This document shows, in pieces, positions 56,172 to 64,000 of a DNA stretch of 64,000 nt. Each line of letters begins with the position of its first letter. Positions within the stretch are counted from its first letter, which is position 1. The DNA is taken from contig JAKPTX010000089.1 in NCBI GenBank assembly GCA_029570835.1, positions 34,637 to 98,636 on the forward strand, in the 5' to 3' direction. A program made the translations under genes and the position numbers. The notes beneath the pieces were generated by a model. It was not told where the DNA came from, made no database searches, and was given only the letters and a program-made list of their open reading frames with translations. Source of the DNA: Bacteroidota bacterium. Lineage in GTDB: Bacteria; Bacteroidota; Bacteroidia; Bacteroidales; WCHB1-69.

Positions 56172-56657
56172 ATGAAAAAATGGATCATTATCCCTTTGCT
56201 TTTTATAGTTTTCTGCTCATTTGATATACAGCACGGTATGGTTAAAGTGTATCATAAAGATTCCCGCTACTCTTCCGATCAGATTTGCAACCTTCGGGAC
56301 GGAAAAGTGTACAAAAAAAACTCCTCATACTCTTCCGATATTGTCTGTCGGATCGAGGGGAATAAGATTTATAAAAACAACTCGACTTACAGCACCGATA
56401 TCATCTATACCATTAAGGAGAACAAGATCTATAGAGGCAATTCCACTTATTCCAGCGACCAGGTTTATACAATTAAGGATGGCAAGGTGTACAAGGGAAA
56501 TTCCACTTACAGCAGCGATCTCCTCTACACCATCAAGGACAATAAAGTGTACAAAGGCAACTCAACCTACAGCAGTGATTTGTATTTCAGCTACGATAAC
56601 TACGTCACCATTGAAGAGTTTGTTGCTATTTTACACGTGGTGAGATATACTTTTTGA
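56172..56657 (+). CDS. Small exported protein made of six tandem 20-aa repeats (KVYKGNSTYSSDxxYTIKDx)
   Basis: MKKWIIIPLLFIVFCSF hydrophobic N-terminus, then six consecutive 20-residue units, then a unique about 25-aa tail. No family recognised. Confidence 0.5.
   Translation: MKKWIIIPLLFIVFCSFDIQHGMVKVYHKDSRYSSDQICNLRDGKVYKKNSSYSSDIVCRIEGNKIYKNNSTYSTDIIYTIKENKIYRGNSTYSSDQVYTIKDGKVYKGNSTYSSDLLYTIKDNKVYKGNSTYSSDLYFSYDNYVTIEEFVAILHVVRYTF
56244..56603 (+). repeat. Coding 60-nt tandem repeat (6 units)
   Basis: The DNA periodicity underlies the 20-aa repeats. It also keeps a second frame open (track ORF 56221-56643). Confidence 0.8.
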
Positions 56658-56741
56658 AGACGAATTTCGGAAGGGGAGTTTTGTATCTTTTTTGCCTATA
56701 GTTTTTTATTTACATAATTTAGTGGACATTGTCATTTAAAG

Positions 56742-58766
56742 TTACCACACTTTTTCATACCACCGTCCATGAATATTCCTTTCGAGAAATTCAGTAATGC
56801 GTTTCATATGATAAAAATTATTATTTTCAATCCTACATTTTTTTATACAAATTTTTCTTATTTTTTCATCTAAAGTTTTCGAACAGTTTGAGTCAAATGG
56901 TCCAAAAATTGATTCAAGAAATCCATTATCATATTCACAGTAATTATTATTTTTGTTTCTAATTCCAACTTTAAATGAGCCCGATCCAGCTACATCCCAT
57001 ACCTTTATTTCGTAGTAAATAATTTTTCCATCATCACTTACTTCAGTGTATATTATCTCATAAGAGGGTGTTTTGCCATTTTTTACAATTTGATTAAAAG
57101 CTTTATGATATCTTCTTGATAATTGATTATAATAGTTTACAGCTTGATTGTGGGTTCTTGATAAAATAATGTGATTATCTGAACATTGTTGTAATTTATT
57201 ATTCGCAATAGCTATATACTCAGGATTATTAAAAGTTTCTATAAAAGTTGAGCAATTTGATATTACAGTAGCCACCTTTCTTTTCTCAGCTAATATTAAA
57301 TCAGAATCGTCATCTGTTTTATATCCTATATATCCAGTATTTGCATCCTTAATAAATTTATCAAATGCAATTTTTTCAATATCTGAAGATTTGCTGGGAA
57401 AATTTAAAAATAATGAAGCAAGTTCATCAATAGAGTTAGTTTCTATTGTTTTTTCATAATATGTTTTTGTAGTATTTTCAACCTCCGAAATCAAATTTTT
57501 TTTCAAGTTCTGAGGGATAGTATTTATTTCGGAGATTTCGTTTATTAAATCAGTTGAAATTTTTTCGCTTTTATAAAATGTTTCTGAATAATTTTTTAAA
57601 ACATAAAGTGGAAAAACAGTATTTCTGGAAACAAATTCTTTTATATTTTTTGAGCTTAAAATATATTCTTCTTTAAGACTATATAAATTTTTATAAGCAG
57701 TTGAATTATTATCTATTGAAAGGTTTGAAAATAAAGAAATAAAGTCAGGGATTTGTTCAGTTGTTATATTAAAATTCGTTCTTTTATATTGTTCTGAAAT
57801 AAAATAAAGCCTTTTATCTGGATATAGTCTTGTTATAATTTTCATTTTTTCCAGATTTTTAACACCAGTTTTTAGTTTGTCAAATATTATATTTTTAATT
57901 TCGCTACTAGCATAGGGTATACAAGTGTATGCATTAATTAATGCTAATCTATCTTCAGATAGAGGATACTTTGAGTTAAGTAATGTTGAAACATGTTGAG
58001 AGTTATTCTTTGATACAGCAAAATACAGAGCATCACGGTTATCTTTATTAGTGATACTAACATCTGCACCTTTGGAAATACAGTACGAAAACAAATCTGG
58101 TCTTTCTGTTATAACAGAATAGGTCAAGATACTATTTGAATTATCGTCTCTTGTATTGACAGAAGCTCCTTTTTCAATAAGTGTTTTAATAATATCTGAC
58201 GAGATATATTCTTTACTATATGATTTTCTATTGAAATAATAGTTTCTAGATATTAAAAACGATAAGGGTAGAGGAGAACCTTTACATAATTGATTTACGT
58301 CAAAATTAGGTTTATTACAAAATAAGTAAAAAAGATTTTCAGCGTTTTGACATTCTTCAATTTTATGTGTAGCAATAAACTCTAATACTAAATAGAATGG
58401 TGTAAGGTCATCAAATACACAATACATAAATGGATCGTATTTCAGTATTAATTTTACCATCTCTACAGAGTGTTTTTCGTACAAACATCTATCAACCGCA
58501 TCATATAACAAAGGTATTTTACCGGCAGCCAATACCGAATGTTTTGAAGGAGCTGTCATTTTTGAAGATGAGTTAACTAATGAGGGGTCTTTATCAAGAA
58601 TTTTTTTCATAAGTTTAACGTCATCCCCATCGAGTGCTTCAGCAATCTTTTTATTAAATTCTGTTTTTAGTTTCTTGTCAGATTCAAAGTTAAATTTCTG
58701 GGCATACATATGCCCAGAAATTAGAATTAATAAAATAACTAGAATACTATATTTTGTCTTTTCCAT
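56742..58766 (-). CDS. Secreted protein with degenerate ankyrin repeats and a long uncharacterised C-terminal region
   Basis: Signal peptide MEKTKYSILVILLILISGHMYAQ. ANK-like units are present, e.g. IIKTLIEKGASVNTRDDNSNSILTYSVITERPDLFSYCISKGADVSITNKDNRDALYFAV. About 380 C-terminal residues have no recognised motif. Confidence 0.5.
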   Translation of the reverse strand: MEKTKYSILVILLILISGHMYAQKFNFESDKKLKTEFNKKIAEALDGDDVKLMKKILDKDPSLVNSSSKMTAPSKHSVLAAGKIPLLYDAVDRCLYEKHSVEMVKLILKYDPFMYCVFDDLTPFYLVLEFIATHKIEECQNAENLFYLFCNKPNFDVNQLCKGSPLPLSFLISRNYYFNRKSYSKEYISSDIIKTLIEKGASVNTRDDNSNSILTYSVITERPDLFSYCISKGADVSITNKDNRDALYFAVSKNNSQHVSTLLNSKYPLSEDRLALINAYTCIPYASSEIKNIIFDKLKTGVKNLEKMKIITRLYPDKRLYFISEQYKRTNFNITTEQIPDFISLFSNLSIDNNSTAYKNLYSLKEEYILSSKNIKEFVSRNTVFPLYVLKNYSETFYKSEKISTDLINEISEINTIPQNLKKNLISEVENTTKTYYEKTIETNSIDELASLFLNFPSKSSDIEKIAFDKFIKDANTGYIGYKTDDDSDLILAEKRKVATVISNCSTFIETFNNPEYIAIANNKLQQCSDNHIILSRTHNQAVNYYNQLSRRYHKAFNQIVKNGKTPSYEIIYTEVSDDGKIIYYEIKVWDVAGSGSFKVGIRNKNNNYCEYDNGFLESIFGPFDSNCSKTLDEKIRKICIKKCRIENNNFYHMKRITEFLERNIHGRWYEKVW

Positions 58767-59713
58767 TTTTTTCTTAATTTAGGGTCTGTAGGAAGTATTT
58801 TGCCGTCAACATTTTCATATTTTACTTTTCCGTCTAAAGCAATTTGATCTATTTGTCCGGAAATGTTGTCACTAATTTCTTTAAAAAAATAGTCAAAAAC
58901 TGGTTCAAAAAAATGTTCCCATCTATGTTGATTAACACCAATTACTAGTTTATCACCTATGATCTTGTCAACTTGATCAGGCCAATATTTAGCTATACCA
59001 CCTATCACTTTGAGCGAGGGTAACCTATCCCTCGTAATGACTTCGCTTGAACCATTTTTAATAGCATTTTCATATATTTCGAATTGTTCTTTTGTTTTTT
59101 TTCTAAATTCACCCCGGACAGTTTTATTATATAACTCTAAACCACCTGCAAAAAGTATAAGGGCTTTTCCTACACCAGTTTCAGTACTTAAGATTAAACC
59201 ATATTCATCTGATACTGCTTTGTCCGCTGGGTAAATTATATTTGCATCTCCCCATTCTTTTCCATTACCTTTGCCACCTTTGAGGCAATTTAAATAACCA
59301 TCTTCATCAACAAAAGCAATTACCTTAGAATAAAAATTTGTAATCGTGATTTTCATTTGCCCAAGATTATTAAGTAAGATAAATACATCAAAGTATAATG
59401 TAACTGGAGGTGCAACTTGAGGAGCACCCCACAATCCTTTTGTTAAATACTGACCATGCTTAAACCCAAATCCCACTTTATATTCAAAGATATTTTCATC
59501 GTAAATAGTTATTTCTTCGGTAGAATCAATTAATTTCTCTGAAACTAAATAATCTTTTACCCTTAAGATTAATTCTTCTTGTTTTAAAGCTGTATTAATT
59601 ATTGCTGAATACGCTCTATCTTCACTAATTTCGCTATTCATATAAAAAAGTTGTTGAGAAAATCCTTGATAGCAAATTATTGTAATAAGTGAAATTAAAA
59701 TTACTTTTTTCAT
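58739..59713 (-). CDS. Hypothetical secreted protein
   Basis: Signal peptide MKKVILISLITIICYQGFSQ. Its 3' end overlaps the downstream ANK gene by 28 nt, consistent with translational coupling. No motif recognised. Confidence 0.45.
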   Translation of the reverse strand: MKKVILISLITIICYQGFSQQLFYMNSEISEDRAYSAIINTALKQEELILRVKDYLVSEKLIDSTEEITIYDENIFEYKVGFGFKHGQYLTKGLWGAPQVAPPVTLYFDVFILLNNLGQMKITITNFYSKVIAFVDEDGYLNCLKGGKGNGKEWGDANIIYPADKAVSDEYGLILSTETGVGKALILFAGGLELYNKTVRGEFRKKTKEQFEIYENAIKNGSSEVITRDRLPSLKVIGGIAKYWPDQVDKIIGDKLVIGVNQHRWEHFFEPVFDYFFKEISDNISGQIDQIALDGKVKYENVDGKILPTDPKLRKKWKRQNIVF

Positions 59714-60055
59714 TTTTTTATATTTAGTTTATTATTCATGAGGCTTTTAAGAATAAGCCCTATTTTTTCGAGTAGTTTCCAAGTACCACTTTTTATAGTT
59801 TCTGTTTATCATAAATAATAATTAAGAGCTATCAAAGTAGTTCCTAAACGAGTTTAGTGTTTGTTTACTAAATGTTTTTTTTAATTTTTTCATAATATTA
59901 ATTATTTTGGAACAAACACATAATACTTATTATGAAACTTAATGAAATGAATTTCAAATTACTAGGAGATTTTCATACGTTTTAAGTGTCCCCTTTATTA
60001 GGACAGTTTTTTTTAAAATTTGTTAATATTTTATTTTTTAAAGAACTTAAATCTT

Positions 60056-60071
60056 TAACTTTGCAAAGTTA
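60056..60071. promoter_or_regulatory. Perfect 16-nt palindrome TAACTTTGCAAAGTTA (two back-to-back -7 boxes)
   Basis: Reads TAacTTTG on both strands. It lies in an ORF-free 560-bp region. No convincing -33 TTTG is present at canonical spacing on either side. Confidence 0.35.
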
Positions 60072-60275
60072 CACAAATTATTTAAGATTTTCACTATATC
60101 TTAAGCAATTATTTTAACACACATTAAGTGTTTGGTTAATAAGAGCGTATAAAATAATATATGTTAGAAAAGTATAATTGCACTGAAGTATTCTTTAATA
60201 TTATAATAATACTATTATTTTGTGACTGCAGATATATAATTTTAAATTAATGATCGGTTCTGATCAAATTTTATC

Positions 60276-60767
60276 TTAGCGTATCTGTAATTCTTCTTGT
60301 TTTAGTTTCAAATAATTATATTCCGATTGATAGCGTTTCAATCTGTCGAGGTCTTTTTGGGTTGGTGCAGATAGGCGTGTTAAGTCCATATTGTTCTGCA
60401 GATCATACAATTTTACGGTTGTTGCCAGCAACTGTTCTCCTATGGTAGCGATATACTCTTTTCGCGAAGGGGCATGGTTGCTATTGAGTAGGGTTAGCGC
60501 AGTAGCGAGTTCAGATTTTACATCTAGAGGAAGTTCTTCTCCGGCTTCTTGTTCAAGAAAATTCAATACTTCATCTTCAGTATGAGGAGTATCTTCACTG
60601 GCATCATGCAGGTAACCGGTCACTTTCTCCAGCCAGGTTTTGCCTTGGTTGGCAACCGAACTGATATGTCCTTTAAAATAATCTTCTCCGGCTTTATCAA
60701 ATTGACCGGCATGTAAACGCTTTGCCAGGTTGGCAGCGGCACTTATAAACACATTGTAGTTTGTCAT
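60276..60767 (-). CDS. HD-domain protein of the RelA/SpoT-hydrolase type (small alarmone hydrolase-like)
   Basis: AKRLHAGQFDKAGEDYFKGHISSVA and GYLHDASEDT match the H..HD..ED layout of (p)ppGpp-hydrolase HD domains. 163 aa with no synthetase domain. Confidence 0.65.
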   Translation of the reverse strand: MTNYNVFISAAANLAKRLHAGQFDKAGEDYFKGHISSVANQGKTWLEKVTGYLHDASEDTPHTEDEVLNFLEQEAGEELPLDVKSELATALTLLNSNHAPSRKEYIATIGEQLLATTVKLYDLQNNMDLTRLSAPTQKDLDRLKRYQSEYNYLKLKQEELQIR

Positions 60768-60792
60768 AAATCAATCGGAATATTCTTTGTTT

Positions 60793-61506
60793 TTAATAAT
60801 TTATTATCTCTTTTTTTCTTATATCTCTTGCATAATGACGCTTAATGCTTTTGATGCCCATTTTCCACATAAAAATATCGAAAGCGATAAAAGCAACAAA
60901 TATTAATGACATCATCAATTCACTTTCAACATGAGCATTATACATCAGTAAAAAATTGAATGTTCCATGGAAAAGAAAAGGAACGAAGAAGCTTAAGAAT
61001 AAATATATTTGTCTCTTATAATCATTTGAAAATCTCGCCAAGGCATAAAAATATCCCATCATAATCCCAAATAATCCGTGACCGGGAACAGATAAGATTC
61101 CCCTAAAAATGGAAACAACAAATCCATGCTCCGATACGTACATAATATTTTCGACCATGGCAAAACCCAATGATACAAATACGGCATAAACTATACCATC
61201 ATAACTTTGATTGAATTCTTTATTTTTCCATGTTACTTTTTTAAGAAAAAAGAATTTTGTTCCCTCTTCCACCAGGGCAGCTACAATAAAAGCGCGATAT
61301 AAAGAGTGTAACAAAGGAGAATTGATAGAGTTACTATAAGAATCAATAGCAAGCTCAATCAAAAAAACAGGTATGATACTAAGGGCACCAAATAAAAAGC
61401 ATTTAGCTAAAAGTTTTTTAGGTTCTTTCTCTGAATCTTTTCTGTAAATAAAGGATAAAAAAATAATTATAGGTAAAACAGCTGAAATGATAAGCGAAAT
61501 GTTCAT
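60793..61506 (-). CDS. PrsW-family intramembrane metalloprotease
   Basis: Polytopic. ALVEEGTKFFFLK (EExxK), FAMVEN, and VPGHGLFG motifs. Confidence 0.78.
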   Translation of the reverse strand: MNISLIISAVLPIIIFLSFIYRKDSEKEPKKLLAKCFLFGALSIIPVFLIELAIDSYSNSINSPLLHSLYRAFIVAALVEEGTKFFFLKKVTWKNKEFNQSYDGIVYAVFVSLGFAMVENIMYVSEHGFVVSIFRGILSVPGHGLFGIMMGYFYALARFSNDYKRQIYLFLSFFVPFLFHGTFNFLLMYNAHVESELMMSLIFVAFIAFDIFMWKMGIKSIKRHYARDIRKKEIINY

Positions 61507-61552
61507 ACTGTTATTTTTCTAATTTGTTGATTTAAAAAGTGGTATGTGGTTT

Positions 61553-62707
61553 TTAAAAAATATCGCTATGCCATAACATTTTTAAAAATTCTAATGCCGG
61601 GTAAACCTCTATATTATTCATTCGGCGGGGATATTTATCCAATGAAACAACAATTAGCCGACAATCGGGAAACTCTTCAGAAAAAGCTTTTAATCCTTTG
61701 GTGTGGTGCGATTGTACTTCATCGGACGATTTAATTTCGATGGCCACCTCGGCATTTCCGATAATGGCATCCACTTCGTATCCCGATGATGTGCGCCAAT
61801 AAGAAAGATTTTGCAACGGTCTGAAATAGCCGATATAGGCGATAATTTCTTGTAAGATAAAATGCTCGAAAGCATGTCCAAACTCAGGCGAACCCGGAAT
61901 AAGGTTAGTCCTTTTCAAGAGAAAATTAGCAACACCCACATCGAAATAGTAAAATTTAGGAGATTGAATAACGCGGCGCTTTACATTTCGGGTAAATGCA
62001 GGAATGACGTAGCCGATTAGCGTTTCTTCCAAAATGGAAAAATACTCTTTCACGGTAGGAGCACTTATGCCACATTCCGAGGCGATGTTATTATAGTTCA
62101 AAATTTCACCATTGCTTAGCGCAGCAACCTCCATAAATCGGGTAAAGGTGTTTAGGTTTCGGGTCAGTGCTTCGGCTTTGATTTCCTGTTGAAGATAATC
62201 GCCAACATAAGCGTGGAGTCGGTTTGTAGCATTTTCTACCAAATAATGGGGTGGAAGCATTCCGTTATTGCAGGCTTTGATCAGGTCGAATTCGGGAATT
62301 TCAGCACTAACGAAGGGATAGAGCTGTTTTCTGATAGCTCTGCCACCCAACAGGTTTACACCGCTGCGACGTAGTTTGCGAGCACTGGAACCGCTCAAAA
62401 TAAAACGAAGATGATGGTTGCTTATCAGCCAATGCACTTCGTCAAGCAATGCAGGGATTTTTTGAATTTCGTCGATAATCACCAATTCATTCTCGGGAAG
62501 TAAACTAAGCTCTTCACGCAAGAGTGCCGGACGACGATTATAACGTGCAAATTCATCAGATTTTAATAAATCGATATAACGAACGTCCGGGAAAAGCATT
62601 TTGAGCAGTGTACTTTTACCGGTTTGACGAGCACCCCAAAGGAAAACACTCTCATTTTCAGTATCTTGAAAATTTATTTTCCGTGATAACATATTCAATG
62701 ATTTCAT
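61553..62707 (-). CDS. AAA-family ATPase with DUF4143-type C-terminal domain
   Basis: Walker A GARQTGKST, Walker B LVIIDEIQK, C-terminal ...WRTSSGYEVD restriction-endonuclease-like segment. Start set to Met12 because the -7 box at 62730-62737 overlaps the longest ORF. Met8 (62719) or Met17 (62692) are also possible. Confidence 0.78.
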   Translation of the reverse strand: MKSLNMLSRKINFQDTENESVFLWGARQTGKSTLLKMLFPDVRYIDLLKSDEFARYNRRPALLREELSLLPENELVIIDEIQKIPALLDEVHWLISNHHLRFILSGSSARKLRRSGVNLLGGRAIRKQLYPFVSAEIPEFDLIKACNNGMLPPHYLVENATNRLHAYVGDYLQQEIKAEALTRNLNTFTRFMEVAALSNGEILNYNNIASECGISAPTVKEYFSILEETLIGYVIPAFTRNVKRRVIQSPKFYYFDVGVANFLLKRTNLIPGSPEFGHAFEHFILQEIIAYIGYFRPLQNLSYWRTSSGYEVDAIIGNAEVAIEIKSSDEVQSHHTKGLKAFSEEFPDCRLIVVSLDKYPRRMNNIEVYPALEFLKMLWHSDIF

Positions 62708-62729
62708 AAATTGACCCATTTTCACTGCG

Positions 62730-62737
62730 CAAAGATA
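62730..62737 (-). promoter_or_regulatory. Bacteroidota -7 promoter box (TAtcTTTG on minus strand)
   Basis: rc of CAAAGATA, upstream of the ATPase start candidates. Confidence 0.5.
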
Positions 62738-62749
62738 CAAAATTTTCGT

Positions 62750-62811
62750 GTAAATCTAAAGTGTAACTTTATTTTTACATGTATTTCTAAAGTACAACTT
62801 TTGATTTACAT
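62750..62811. repeat. Two abutting 31-nt imperfect direct repeats, each with an AAAGT-N3-ACTTT palindrome (candidate operator pair)
   Basis: R1 is 62750-62780 and R2 is 62781-62811, with 24/31 identical positions. Outer ends GTAAATC (62750-62756) and GATTTAC (62803-62809) are inverted repeats. Confidence 0.5.
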
Positions 62812-62913
62812 CGGATTTTAGGGATACAAATAGACAATAAATGATTCAAATGAAACCATGAACATAATATAAGCCAAATCAGATCAGTACATTTTAGGAT
62901 TTGCTTCAACCAA

Positions 62914-63936
62914 TTATTTTAGCTCATTATCTGTAATTTCAAATCTATCTCTCAAATAGATGTCAATAAATAAGTTGGTTCGCCGGCGTTTTTCAAAAAG
63001 AGGTGCCTCACTGTCAAACTTTATGTCGCGAGCATCTTTGTAAAGCCCCGGCACATTGTTTTCATCGTATATCTGAAATTCGGTAGTGTGGGTACGTCTT
63101 TTTTCCAAGATCCAATCAAACATCAAGCTCGGGTCGTAGATAAAGTAATGTACATAATCAACGTTTTCCGTGCCATTTTCAGGATTATACCACTCTTTTT
63201 TCTTTAAGATAGTTGTAATTTTAATTTTGTTTTGATTATTGAATTTTCCACCAATTATTTCCATTGGGATATTCACTTCATGGGCCCATTCATGAGGGTT
63301 TTCAGGGCTTAGATTGATTAAGTCCAGTAAAGCTAGCCCTAATGCAGAGCATCCTCCTCCTTCGTTCTCGAAGCGGGGATTAAAAGCCCCACCATAAAAT
63401 TCAGATTCAGCTCGTCCATCTTCTTTGGGTCTGGTGTATTCATCAATAAATGCCAAGATCCTTTCTATTGCTTCTTTGGAAACTCGGTATTTAATAAAAG
63501 CCAGTTTCTTTCTATCTGCGTAAATCTTGAGTTTTTTGCGAATCATCTCTTCCGGTTCCAATCTTCCGATTAAAGTTGCACCCATAATAGCCATTCCGAC
63601 TTTTTCTTTGAAAATCATATTATGCTTTTCTTTCATCGTACCCGATATTTGAGATATGTAGAGTTCGCCACCGGACAATAAATGACTTTCTAATCTTACT
63701 GTAATGTGTCCTAACAGATAGTTGTTTTTTACTCCAATTGTTTTTCTGTAACAACTTATCATAGATGAGCAGAGTGTTGACGGACTGTCCCAAATGAGTG
63801 GTTTGAGAGTGGGCATAGCGTAAATTGTGATTTCATGCTTTTCATCCGTGTTATTCTGTGCAGAAGCAATAATCGGATAAAACAGAAGCAGAAGTAAAAT
63901 AAAATAAGTTCTGATTGATTGAAAACGTCTTTTCAT
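62914..63936 (-). CDS. Hypothetical secreted protein
   Basis: Signal peptide (...LLLLFYPIIASAQ). Contains LLGHITVRL and, about 120 aa later, GGGCSALGLALLDL. No family confidently recognised. Confidence 0.45.
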   Translation of the reverse strand: MKRRFQSIRTYFILLLLLFYPIIASAQNNTDEKHEITIYAMPTLKPLIWDSPSTLCSSMISCYRKTIGVKNNYLLGHITVRLESHLLSGGELYISQISGTMKEKHNMIFKEKVGMAIMGATLIGRLEPEEMIRKKLKIYADRKKLAFIKYRVSKEAIERILAFIDEYTRPKEDGRAESEFYGGAFNPRFENEGGGCSALGLALLDLINLSPENPHEWAHEVNIPMEIIGGKFNNQNKIKITTILKKKEWYNPENGTENVDYVHYFIYDPSLMFDWILEKRRTHTTEFQIYDENNVPGLYKDARDIKFDSEAPLFEKRRRTNLFIDIYLRDRFEITDNELK

Positions 63937-64000
63937 GAGGTGTTTTATTGTGATGATATAAAACTATATTGCTTACTTCTATAAATAACATTTAAACATA

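Noticed and set aside
56221-56643. A 140-aa ORF in a second frame of the tandem-repeat gene.
   Set aside because: It is an artefact of the 60-nt periodicity, because a stop-free unit repeated six times stays open. The product is Arg/Thr/Pro-rich low complexity with no start context, while the 56172 frame has a signal-like N-terminus and a -7 box.
1-64000. Searched by eye for tRNA, rRNA, tmRNA, transposase, integrase, recombinase, phage or plasmid genes and classic defence-system genes (Cas, RM, RT, nucleases with ATPase partners).
   Set aside because: No GGTTCGAATCC-type T-arm or GC-rich cloverleaf stretch appears in any spacer. No ORF has recombinase or transposase motifs. The only ATPase of ambiguous role is the DUF4143 protein, which is common as a stand-alone gene. 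I cannot exclude small RNAs without covariance-model searches.

Overview
This is a gene-dense chromosomal segment of a low-GC Bacteroidota genome. Support for that placement: TAnnTTTG -7 promoter boxes sit in front of most operons, the gliding genes gldB, gldD, gldF and gldG are present, and four proteins carry T9SS C-terminal sorting domains. I support about 60 CDSs, almost all housekeeping. They fall into these groups: ribosomal operons rplU-rpmA and infC-rpmI-rplT; rpoD; a DUF6089-uppS-bamA-3x ompH envelope block; a ddl / GH73-LysM x2 / M23 x2 / phoH / lpxK / PNP block; cdaA-tdk; pepC-pepT-gldD-gldB-ssb; an EF-G paralog; lpdA; sufE; M16 and M6 peptidases; a TonB-dependent receptor; a CDF transporter; nfo-gldG-gldF; and GH95. 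By eye I found no rRNA, tRNA, CRISPR array, transposase or integrase. The most unusual content is non-coding. A 495-bp ORF-free island (28816-29309) lies between two convergent genes. It is built from blocks of different tandem heptamers in mirror-image order around a core of GC-cored hairpins with mutually exclusive pairings. Sequence-related modules occur at 27664-27830, 49981-50155 and 53595-53640. I do not recognise this as a described repeat or RNA family. Secondary candidates are: an AT-rich accessory patch (56172-60275) encoding a 20-aa tandem-repeat protein and an overlapping two-gene operon of secreted proteins, one with degenerate ankyrin repeats, next to a 560-bp orphan intergenic region with a perfect palindromic double -7 box; an EF-G paralog with a degenerate GTPase centre; a PurF-like protein lacking the N-terminal catalytic Cys; an ECF sigma paired with an anti-sigma-like protein ending in a T9SS type-B sorting domain; and a GH73 pseudo-enzyme paralog. 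All functional calls rest on motifs read from the supplied translations and on my own reverse-strand reading. No database search was run.
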